Both the position numbers and the translations under genes were made by a program. Below are positions 52,669-64,000 of a stretch of 64,000 bases of DNA, one piece after another (within the stretch, counting starts at the first letter, position 1; each line of letters starts with the position of its first letter). This DNA is from Octopus vulgaris (Eukaryota): positions 8,122,001 through 8,186,000 of the forward strand of contig OX597825.1 of the NCBI GenBank assembly GCA_951406725.2. The letters are read 5' to 3'. Below the pieces are notes generated by a model. It was not told the DNA's origin. It ran no database searches and saw only the letters and a list, made by a program, of their open reading frames with translations.

Positions 52669-54299
52669 ATACCGAAGATGTGTACATGGGATTCTGTTCT
52701 TCTTTAACAATAATATTCGTCAAGAACGACATCATAGACGTATGATTAAACAGTGTGTTGGTTAGCTGATAAAGCTCTCGTTAACCTGTTCGGGCATTTG
52801 AACTTACCATACGAGGTAAGATACAACTGTAGTACATGACGGAAAGCAAGCCGTTCAATGCACCCGCTTCCCGCAACCCCAAAAGCACAACTATGTCATT
52901 AACGGAATGTCACACAATTTCTCACAAAGTAATTGTAACGTCTTTCACAGAGCCGCTTTCATATTATGTCATGTATAGTGATACCTGGTGTGCTGCGTTC
53001 GGTTATGTTACCTGGATGCCAAAATCTCTAGTACTGATGGTATTGTTTCTGTTGTTGTTATTGTATCAATGATGCGCTTCTTGGAACCGACTTTATACTT
53101 TACTTTTTTAATATTTTTCTTAGTCTGTTCTTCAAGTTTTTTTTTTTTTTCGTGTTCCATTACAAAACAGACAAGAATTGTAAGCAACGTTTGTTTTGAC
53201 TCTTCTGGAAGAGTTCGCCATTTTGTTTTTTCTTGAACTTAATCATTAAATGAAAATCAGGTGATGTGGAAATGTTTGCCAGAAAGCAGACAGGTCTATA
53301 AAATGTTTGGAATGGAAGTCTTGATGCCTTCTTTCTAAAGAACGGTAAGAATGTAAGTCGAAGCACCACCCAATTCCCAACCCACCGATGCCAACGCAAC
53401 TGGCAAATGGGATGAATACAACAACAACTGAATTGGAACAAAAACAATAGAATTGACGGAGATAGTGACTCTCGTGACCCCGCCGTCGACGACGACATCG
53501 AAAGAATAAGAAAGAAAGAAAGAAAAAGCAAATAAAATATCAAGAAAAAACAATATGTCGAACAGAGTAACAAGAGCCTCTCATAGAGTAGGAGCAACAG
53601 CAACGCCACCACAGCAGAAACAAAAAAATCATGGCGAACAAAGAGATTAACAAAGGCCTTTCACAGACGACGACGACAACCGCCGCCGCCACCACCACCA
53701 CCACCACCAAGACCACCACTACCACCACCTCTACTACCATCATATTTAACATTACATGTCCAAATGTAAGACAAGAAATAATAACACATTTCTTGTACAA
53801 TCAAAGACACAACCGCCCCCACATACACCACCACCAACAACAACAACAGCATTGACAGCGCATGAAGTAAAACATCAGCAACAACAATACAATGAGTGCC
53901 ACAGTCGGTCATTCGGTTACTTGCTTTTATAAAGCAATGTCTTTGATCCTAAGCCGGAAATATAATCTAGGATTCATGAAATAGGATGAGATCATATTTT
54001 CCCAAGTAATAGAAAATGATAATATACTATTCTTTCACATTATTTAGAACCATGCCATTAATACGAAACTTGATTGCTATTCTTCAGTTTAGCAAGCTGA
54101 CATTTCTCTTTTACTGGCGGATCAGTTGTTCTCTCTGTCAAGCAGATCTACCTTCAGGTTTTCCAACTATAGCCAATGCATCATGTATTTCCGATCTTCT
54201 TTTTTAAAAGTACTTTATCAGACTCCAGACCAATGGTTGGCCTATTTCTAAAAGATCAATAGACGAGGTAGACTTATTCTTGCTCGGATTTCTTTTTTT

Positions 54300-54518
54300 T
54301 TACCTTTTACTTGTTTACTTGTCTCAGTCATTTGGTTACGGCCAGGCTGGGGCACCGCCTCGAAGAACTCTAGTCGAACAAATCGACTTTTTTAGTCTCA
54401 GGACCTATTCCATTGGTCTTTTTTGCTGAACCACTAGTTTAAGATAAGTAAATGAACCAGTACTGGTGGTCAGGCGGTGGTGGTGGTGAGACAAACTCAG
54501 GCCGAAAGACACCCCCCC

Positions 54519-54549
<31 letters not shown>

Positions 54550-54711
54550 GGCGGGCATTTTCAGCTTCCGTCTGCCAAATCCACTCATTAGGCTTCGGTC
54601 AGCTCGAGGCTGTAGTAGAAGACACTTGCCCAAAGCGCCACAGAGTAGAACAGAACCCAGAACCGCGTGGTTGGGAAGCAAGCTTCTTACCACACAGTCA
54701 CGCCTGCGACT
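54300..54711 (-). mobile_element. SINE family B, full length, older
   Basis: Reverse-complement match to family B. Confidence 0.85.
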
Positions 54712-55114
54712 ATAAATGTTAACTAAAATGCCAATGCTGTTTGTACCAGATTCCATTTCGTGTTTCAGAACTGTATCAAGAGACACTGAAAAGATACACC
54801 ATTCCATTCTCTTGAATTATTTCTGCTACATACCTAAAGACACATTGTACAATATATCCATCACTCCATTGTAATACGATATAAGCTGGCTGATTTAATT
54901 AATAGATCTAGGTATTGCTAGCAGACTTCCCAAAACCCTGTCAATTACGCTCTTAAAGTGCTTCAGCTGACGGTCACCGATCGATTACCAATTTCATATG
55001 CCTCACTCACGTACCTATGGATTTACTATTCACTTACTTTACAAATATAGTGTTATAAAACTAAAACATGAAACATTCTACATAGTCACATTCAATATTG
55101 TTATATGTCTGGAG

Positions 55115-55250
55115 CTGAGAGCTGATAGAAACGATAGCACGTTGGGAGAAATGCTTAGCGCTATTTCGTCTGATTTTAATAGTTTCTGAGCTCAAATTCG
55201 ACTACCCCGCCCCTAAAAATGTCGGGCCTTGTACCTAGAGAAGAAAAGAA
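55115..55250 (+). mobile_element. Internally deleted SINE family A subfamily copy
   Basis: Family A head joined directly to the alternative tail gggccttgtacctagag. Confidence 0.6.
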
Positions 55251-55285
55251 TATTATTTTATGTTTCTTTTACAGATAAATATCTT

Positions 55286-55667
55286 CGTGGTACTCCATCG
55301 GTTACGTTGACGGGAATTCCAGTTCATCCGATCAAAGGAACAGCCGGCTCATGAAATTAACGTGCAAGTGGTTGAGCACTCCACAGACACGTGAGTCCTT
55401 AACGTAGTTCTCGGGGAGATTCAGCGTGACATAGAGTATGACAAAGCTGGCCCTTTGAAATACAGGTGCAAGCGAAACAGGACGAAAGAGTGAGAGAAAG
55501 TTGTGGTGAAAGAATAAAGCAGGGTTCGGCACCACCCCCTGCATGAGCCTCATGGAACTTTAGGCGGTTTCGCTCAATAAACACTCACAACGACAGGTCT
55601 GGGAATCGAAACCGCGATCCTATGACCGCAAGTCCGCTGCCCTAACCACTGTGCCATTACGCTGCCA
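55286..55667 (-). mobile_element. SINE family C, full length
   Basis: A/B boxes; TSD ataaatatctt at 55275-85 and 55668-78. Confidence 0.92.
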
Positions 55668-56255
55668 ATAAATATCTTAAAGCTCTCGTGTATTAACATA
55701 TATTTGATATACAAAACTGACTATTATACACATTATAAGTAATATGCACATTATAAATATTCTTCATTTTAGAAATATTAATCGTAGAATATATATGGTA
55801 AATATATACATGACGGTTTCGTGTGGAAATAACGCCAAAGTCTTATTTACTCAATATTTTAATACTTGATAACATAGTCAGTGATAAATACATATGTAGA
55901 AGCATGCAATTATACCCCCATATATGTAAGTATGAAATTCAAACTTACATACGTATACACGTACATATTTTTGATTGGTTTAGCATATTGTTTTATCGAT
56001 CTCCTTACAGACTGTATTTGTGATGTGTGAGTTTGTTAGCCGATATCTGTTCCTGAAAATCCAGTCGTGTTCAGATTCTCTGTTAGGCATTATATGTCTG
56101 TCTGTCTGTCTGTTCTATGTAAGTGTGTGTATGTGTGTACGCGCGAGTGTCTGTGTATATATATATATGGTATAGGACAATCAGTAAGTGTTGCGACAAC
56201 TTACTGATTGTCCTACACACACACACACACACAGACATACACACACACACACACA

Positions 56256-56317
<62 letters not shown>

Positions 56318-56361
56318 AATTCCTCTACTTTCATAATATCGAGGTCTCGTTCTTTTGTTGT

Positions 56362-56410
<49 letters not shown>

Positions 56411-56569
56411 CATAATATATTAATACACACACACACACCGATTTATACATGCATATGTATATGCAGATATATACATACGTAACATACATACATACAATAA
56501 CTATGTACCTACGTACGTATGCATGCATGTGTATTTGTATATATTAGCACCGAATGCAAATGGATCAAG

Positions 56570-56788
56570 AGCCCTTATCTGATTCTATGCGGTACATATT
56601 GCTCCCCTGCTGGACCGAACACCGGCTTGTCACATGATTACTCAATGTTTGACCAGCTGAGTTGACTGGAACCACGTGAAATGAAGTGTTTTGTGGATAA
56701 ACACAACGTATTGCACGGTCCAGGAAACGAAAGCACTATCGATCATGAGTGCGACGCCCTAACCCTAACCAGTAAGCCACGCGCCTTC
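56570..56788 (-). mobile_element. SINE with D-like head/core and a different tail
   Basis: Minus strand tggcttactggttaggg...ttcgtttcctggaccg...acacttcatttcacgtggttccagtcaactcagctg. Confidence 0.65.
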
Positions 56789-58101
56789 TTTTTAGTATCA
56801 AATAGTTAAACGTATATCCTACTCAACGTGGACATACTGTGAAAAACGCTATGGTAAAAACACTGTAGTAATCATTGTGAAAAACATGCCCTATAGACGT
56901 TTAGTGCTTATATATATATATATATATATATATAATACATAAATAAGCACACAGAAATATACAAATATACATACACATAGCCATAGATACACACACACAT
57001 ACACACACACATATATGTATGTAAATTATTGCATACATGCAATTAAATTGTCTGCAATACAAAGAGCAGGGCATAAAATATTCATTTCAAACTTAAAGTT
57101 CAATTATTGGGTGTTCGAAATTCTCCTTCTGTTTCATCTAACTTAGTAAATTAACTATGAACATTCTTTTACCCAGGTGCGATTTAAGACCCTTTGAAAT
57201 GCTGCAAAATATTTGGAGAAAAGTGAAAAAAAGCCCATAATTTGATTGGTTACTGGAAACCGATAGATATTTGCGTTCATATGCAAACCGTTTGCGTGCA
57301 GATTATTAAAATAATTAGATATTCAAAGAAAGAATGCAGTAAGAAAAAAAAATGGATTGAAAAATAGGTATAGAATTTAATTAAAAAGCGAAAAAGAGTA
57401 AAGTGTATAAAATTTTAAAGCGTGCGAGTAATATATTCGATAATAATATATATAGATAAAACAATGCAAACAATAATGATATATGAATGGTATGAGTGTG
57501 TGACGGAAATATAATGAAATAAGTGAAAAGGGAAAGACAGAAAAAGAAAGCGAACACAAAGAGTGCTTCTATTGTTGTATAACCTGTTTTTTTCTGAGAA
57601 GACTTATATGGCGAAGTATTTAAAAGAAAGCGAAGAACAGAGGGATAATAAGGAAGGAGGCGACGTAGAAGCAGAGAAAAAACTCTCACAGATTAGAACG
57701 ATCGTATATCTGGATATAGGAAAGTAATGCAAGCGATAATTCTTAATCTTTGTTATGTAGAAATATAAAAATAATTATAAATAATCGAAGATGGCGACAA
57801 GAGATAAGCTAAAACAGGTAAAAGAGAAAAATAAAAAGAATAAAGGAGTATTAGTGTTGTGGATGTTGGTGTTCCTTGAATGCATCAGTGACTGTGACTT
57901 AGTTGGGTTCTTACATATAAAGGAAGAAATATTGATGATTAGAATGAGTTTTCGCTTTCTTAGTGAAAAAGTATTTCTGCATGAGGATAATGGGATTTCT
58001 TCTGCGGTTCAGTTTTAATAAACGTCGTCAGCTCTGGTGCGGGCGGGGACGGAAGTCATGCGCCATTTCAGCGCTTTGCTGCATTCATCATTTGACGATA
58101 C

Positions 58102-58337
58102 ATACCTATTTCTTTACTACCCACAAGGGGCTAAACACAGAGGGGACAAACAAGGACATACAAACGGATTAAGTCGATTATATCGACCCCAGTGTGTAAC
58201 TGGTACTTAATTTATCGACCCCGAAAGGATGAAAGGCAAAGTCGACCTCGGCGGAATTTGAACTCAGAACGTAACGGCAGACGAAATACGGCTACGCATT
58301 TCGCCCGGCGTGCTAACGATTCTGCCAGCTCGCCGTC
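58102..58337 (-). mobile_element. SINE family A, full length, young
   Basis: TSD ttga(c/t)gatacatacct at 58092-107 and 58338-353. Confidence 0.95.
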
Positions 58338-58834
58338 TTGATGATACATACCTGTCTCCTCGCGGCGACCCCTCTAGCTGAATCCCAGGTAGTCCTTATG
58401 TCGGCATCTACCTGTCACCGTGTGGTACGTGGTCGATCAACATAAGCTGTCAACTAAGAGAACACAGTGAGCAGGGGGTTACTGGGAAAAATAGGCTGAA
58501 CTCCTGTGGTATCTGGACGCTTTACAGTATCACGGGTGCAATATTGGTTGGATTTCGTATCCAACAAACGAATCTACTCAGAAAATGGAATACATGCTGT
58601 TACTCGTGTGACTCGTGAGCGCCATCTCAGACTGTCTGGAGAGTCAATTTTCCGAGTTAGACCTGGTTTACCGAGTTTGTATGTGTAGTTACATTATCAA
58701 AATATATAGGTCTTCCTTTCTTGAGTTACGCACATGAAAGCTGTTTGTTCTTTGGCTGATGGTATTTCCATAATGCACAATTACACGCACGTATCTATAT
58801 ATACATATATACATATAAATACATGATGTTGTTT

Positions 58835-58925
58835 AAAATTGCAATGAAGGCTCCTTGGATCTAGACTTGAAACCGGTTCTTTATTTATTGACAAGAAATC
58901 TAGAAATAAAATTGAATAATAACTT
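58835..58925 (+). mobile_element. Short Penelope-like terminal fragment (family F)
   Basis: Similar to 2945-3030; contains GAAAccgGTT and a downstream AATAAA. Confidence 0.5.
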
Positions 58926-60789
58926 ACATATATATATGTTCTCATATGCATTTATATATACATGTATGCATATATCTTTGTGTTAGTGAACATTTTCTAT
59001 TTATGTGGGTGTGCAGAATACTAGAGAAAAATACGAAAATATTTCGCAACATACCAGTGCCATTGCTAATTTTGTTTTTTGTCTCTGTGGGTAGCAGATA
59101 TTGACGAAGTAGATTGAGTTGAAATCTACTTTGATTTATAACAGACATGGAATATCATAGCGAGAAATCGAGTTAATAGACATACATAGCAATTTTATGT
59201 ATTGAATTTTTGCTCAGACAGTTTGTTCAATTTGCATAAATAGTTATTTGTTAGCGATTTCTTCAAATTGATTAATTGTGCGTTTGTGTATTTTTCGGTA
59301 ATATATTGCAGAAAATGCAAACATCGGCAGGAAAGCCTCAACGCTGGAGCTTATCCAACTAATCGCAATAAGTTTGTTCTGAATTTATGAACAAATGAAT
59401 TCTGATCACAAATGCAATGGATTACAGGTTCGTTGCAAAACTCCAACTTACTCAGCTCTTTTTTCGAATATTGTATTATAAGGAGCTTAATAATCAAGGA
59501 AATATGAGTGTGTGTGTGTATCTGTGGGGGGTATATGTGAGGAAGAGAGAGGTGATATTGCTACCCTAATCAAGAGATTAAGAAGACAAAAGATATGGAT
59601 AATCGTAACCCATTTCAATTCTTTTTCTTTATCAGTTTCAATGGTCAAGCTGCGCCCATGTTGGAGCACCACTAGAAGAATTTCGAACAAGTGGTTGAAA
59701 TTGTCTATTAATTAACGGTGAATAATTGAAAATTAGTAGTTAGATATTACTGACGAGTAACACTGGATCACGTTAGATTATCAGTACAAATTATCCTCCA
59801 AATTAGATCAAACATTATAAAGCATCACATGTAAACAAACAGATTAAGCCAATATGAATACCAGTATGAAAATCGGGTTGAATATTTAAAGCGAGAGGTT
59901 TAGGGAGACAATTGCATCTGCATACAGAAAATAACTCACACAAATTCCTTAGTAGATGTCACGAAGTTGCTGCCAGGCAAGAGCAAGGTCACGGCTACAG
60001 CACATACGCAAGCAGTTTAGCTTTGAGAAATATCTACAAGAGAAAAATTGACGTCATTATATTCTCAAGTGTCAGTTGGGGATATAAAATAGCAGGTGCT
60101 AATAAGATTGGTTTTGTGTAAGTCGAACTGGTTGACATTAAGGGAAGGTAAGAATTCAATATTTTAAGAATTCGGTAATTCAAAATTGTTCCCATGCTAT
60201 TTGAATAACAGCATGGGGACAATAGGAAAATAGTCAGCAGGAACATAGAGGTATGCTTCATGTATATAAAGTGTCTTGTAGCACGATTCTAAAGATCAAC
60301 ACAGATCTTTACGAACAGTTTGATATTGACGAATTAAGCAAAGTGTGCAGCTTACACTGGTGGATATTAATTATTGTCAAACGTCGAATTTTATAAAAGT
60401 GGTTTGAGCTAAGTGGTTTGAACAGTGAGGCCACATCTAGGGGCTTCGCAATTGATGTTTATGCGCAAATGAAAATTTCAGGTTGAAACTGATTTAAACT
60501 CCATTCATTTAGAGTAAGCAGTACTGTAGTGTTTAATGTGTGAGAGATTCAATCTATGTGGTGAGTCATCCCTTGTGTTCGATATTATAATGTCACAAGT
60601 CTTGAATTGCAGAGTGTAAATCCAGAAAAAACATATCTCAGGAAAAGTTCTTTCAGACGTTACAGCGTGCGTAATATATATGAACTAAAGCGATAGATGC
60701 GTGGAAAATGCACAACAAAAACAGCTGTAAAAGGACGATGAATTTTCCGACTCCGTCATCAAGCACACATTGCTGAAACTGTATGGAAT

Positions 60790-60942
60790 TGTTTAATGAA
60801 TTCGTTCCAGTCCCGAGGCCAAACATGTCTGAAAGTTTCATCCGAATCCATTTGGCGGTTCTTGAGATATCCTGTCTCCGGACAAACAAGCAAACAAACA
60901 AACGCGCCTGAAAACAATACCTCCGTCTCAGTGGAGGTAACA
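60790..60942. mobile_element. Helentron-associated (HINE/DINE-1-like) fragment
   Basis: aaagtttcatccgaatcc, (ACAA)n tract and terminal hairpin tacctcc (60918-24) / ggaggta (60933-39). Confidence 0.7.
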
Positions 60943-61722
60943 ATGGTGATGATGATGATAATAATAATGGTGATGACAATGATGGTATAAGAACGAAGAC
61001 CATAAATAACGTGCTTTTCGATGGCGATAATATTAATAATAAAACTTATTAATAACTAACAATAGCAATTGTTAGATATTATTAATTGGAGCTGGCTCTA
61101 ACGATGTTAATGAGATTGGTGATAATAATGATATGAATAGCAAATGCATCCGTGGCATAAGTGATCAACAGTGTAAACCCCACTGGAACTAAAAGTAAAT
61201 TTGTGAGCAGAAATGTTAATAATAATAATAATAAAAAGGTAAGGATTTCTCTCACCTTTAATTTGGTTGATAATATGGCTGCTCACGGAAATGATTATAG
61301 GATGAATATCAATGAAAATGGGGGCGATGTTGATAGTGACAATAATAGAGATGGTAATAATAACAGCAACCATATTAACTGTATTGATTAGAGGAATGAA
61401 AAGGTGCCCATTCATTGCGGTTGTAACGTTAGTCATATCCATGTTAAGAACAATGGAAGTCTTAGTAGTCATAACTTGAATAGCAGCATATTGATTGTTA
61501 ATAATAGTAGTAGCAAAAGAAATACTAATTGAAATATGAATACGAATAATAACCACAAAAGGGCTAACGATAATTGTAATTTAATAAGGGATATAAATAA
61601 ATGCAATTTTACAATGCCTAACAGATGCCCTATGAATGGTTATTGCTTGATGTATAATGTCATCTATAGATGCACTGTGCATAATATATATTAAAGTTCC
61701 TCTAACATGTACACTGGATCAG

Positions 61723-62600
61723 CTAATAACTTCTGAGAATGCTTTTAGCCCACCTCAGTTGATTTTCTTCTGCTAAACGCAAGATCTTTGTTATTCGGTT
61801 AGATATTCTATTATAAGAGCAGGAATGTCTTATCAAGATGGTTGAACGCCATGTAATCTTTGAAATAGAATCTAATGATTTTAAAGAATAAATAGTCGCT
61901 GTCTTTTGAACCAACGATGGGATTAACATTTATGACTATTAATGTTATGTTTTATCTGGGAAATACTTGCCCTAGCTTCGTCCATTCGTGTCACTTGAAA
62001 TTTAATATCATACCTTTCAAACATATTCAGTATTTGAGTCCTATTGACAAGTACTTTAATTAAATAATTAAATAAATATTTGTATCTGCAATACATCCTT
62101 ATATATTCCTTCCACAATCTCCCCTGAGAGCTCGTTTTTATTTACTTTTTACGTATTATGTTATCTGTCCAATTACACTTTATACAGTCGGGCTGCACAG
62201 CATGAGATCATTACTACGATGGATGCATGCTTTGATTCTCCTAATATAAAACGTACTCATCTCACTGCTGAGTCACTTCGGTGCCATATTCGGAATATTA
62301 CTTCAGATAACGAACAAATCCACTTGACACGTGCATTTAATCAAACTCCACTTGTTAAGTGTTTCCGGTGAAAAATATTACGATCAAGACGGAAATTTGA
62401 CCTGTACAAAACGAAAGTGAGTCATGTACCAGACCAAAGTAGGAAATCTAGTTATATGTAATCGAATTTGGCATAGCCTGATATAGGAGGCGCTTCATTA
62501 TATTTTCATACTTAGTGTGATCAACTGCATGATGTTTCTAGAAGAAACAGTAAAACAGACAGTTGGGTGTAGGCCGTGCCAAGTCTTCCATCAGGACGGA
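61723..62600 (-). pseudogene. Highly decayed RTE-like LINE RT / C-terminal remnant
   Basis: In the expected order on the minus strand: AVDHTKY, RVKWICSLSEVIF (cf. GVKQGCxLSPxLF), YKYL, RMDEARAS, KITWR, NQLRWAK. Confidence 0.5.
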
Positions 62601-63619
62601 TGCAATAAGTGTATACACGTGTTCAGATAGGAACAGTTCGCACCACAGAGAACATTAAATTTGCTACGCTGAAAGCAACAGCATTAAACCGAACTAAAAA
62701 CATTAAAGTGATCACGTTTGAGTGGGAAGCTACAAAATGCACTATCTCGGGCCCTTTGGAACAGAAGGAAGAAGACTGGAGAATTTGACAAATTTTAAAA
62801 TTGTTTAGTTAAAATGATATAAGGTCCCCAGTTTTCGAAACCATTAAGAACACCCAGGGGTATTAGTCCGCGTCAAAGATGTTTATGGCCATCTGTATGC
62901 AAGCAAATCCTTTGAAGTTTTGTGTATTTAAAAACAAATTAACTGCATTGGTGTCACTGATCCACGAGTGTTTGTGAAGTCGAATGTGTAAAATACTTCC
63001 CCACACATCAGACGAATAATAAAACATCAAAAAGTTGTCATGTAACCCCTGATTTCAACCTATAAAATACATAGAAGGTTACACATTTCCATTAAGGTTC
63101 TAACTACTAAATTTATTTATTTTTATAACTCATAAAAGTGAGTCGGGTCATTCATCTATGTATCACATATCTGTAAAAGAGGAGGAGTTTGTTTTGATTA
63201 ATAGTGAAAGAAAAAGCAGATGTATTGAAAGGGGGATAGAAAAATATGAACAGAAAATATTCGTGGTGGGTAGAGGAAAATTGTAAAAGCTGTCAACTGA
63301 CAAATCTAATGAATTGCGATGTCAAAATATCCCTGATATTGTTTAACCTTCAGGTTTAATTCAGTCTCTCATTCTTAGTTCTCTACTAAACTTTCACTCT
63401 CATTTCTCAGCCTCATCTTGTTTGTGTTTCATTTTCTTAAAATACATAAGTATCTCAGTTTCGTTCTATTTCACCTCCACTCCCCGGTTTCTTCCCTCAC
63501 TCACTCTCCCACTGAATTTACAACCATGTCTTCTTATATTCTGTTTTTACAACTCTTTCCAGTTTACGGTAAATTTATTCCTATTTACTGTATTTCACGT
63601 ATTCTTCTCTCTCTTTCTC

Positions 63620-63655
<36 letters not shown>

Positions 63656-64000
63656 ACGCATAATCAATGTCAAGCTCACGACGTATAAGGCAAAGCAACC
63701 ACGAAACAACCAGACTTTAAAGGAAAGAAAAGAATTATTCCTACCTGAGCAGGTGACAATTTCCTATTGAGAAAGACATTTGTTTGGTTAGAGCAGTAGG
63801 CCCTGAACTTTCTTGAGCTGTCATTCCTTCGTAACCTGGCCACATTCCTAGTACCCCTTATCCCCCAGCACCACGAACATTTTCTGAACCATTTTCTGAA
63901 CCAAATTCTAAACAAAAGTTTATCTCTCAAGTAAAACTTAACATAATTAACCCATCATTTTGGTTCTTTTACAACCATTGCCCTCTTTTTGCCACCCCAT

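Noticed and set aside
53160-53612. 150-aa minus-strand ORF
   Set aside because: Low-complexity antisense of A-rich sequence, with no domain signal.
56757-56770. Telomere-like ccctaaccctaacc
   Set aside because: Two units only, formed by a small duplication inside a SINE head.
59750-59790. CTGACGA core-like heptamer
   Set aside because: No downstream GAAA or supporting stems.
60945-61560. 149-aa Ile-rich and Asn-rich ORFs
   Set aside because: Cryptic decayed (AAT)/(GAT) triplet region.

Overview
AT-rich eukaryotic DNA saturated with microsatellites and transposons. The SINE families and (TA)n/(CA)n/(GATA)n density look like an octopus (coleoid cephalopod) intron or intergenic region; this taxon call is by recognition, not a database search. 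I find no supportable host protein-coding gene, and most ORFs in the track are microsatellite read-throughs. Identified content: about 30 copies or fragments of four tRNA-derived SINE families, including dimers and chimeras. There are decayed DNA transposons (IR/DR Tc1, a mariner-type element, a Buster/Charlie-type hAT, a piggyBac-like MITE, Helitron/Helentron-type non-autonomous elements) and LINE remnants (R4/Dong-like beside (TAA)n, RTE-like, Tx1-like). The most striking signal is a dense set of type I hammerhead-ribozyme-like motifs. Two are near-intact (20935-21005 and 40983-41027) and about ten are variant or degenerate. They sit in short Penelope-like terminal elements, several of which are long palindromes. 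All coordinates were read by eye; element edges are approximate.
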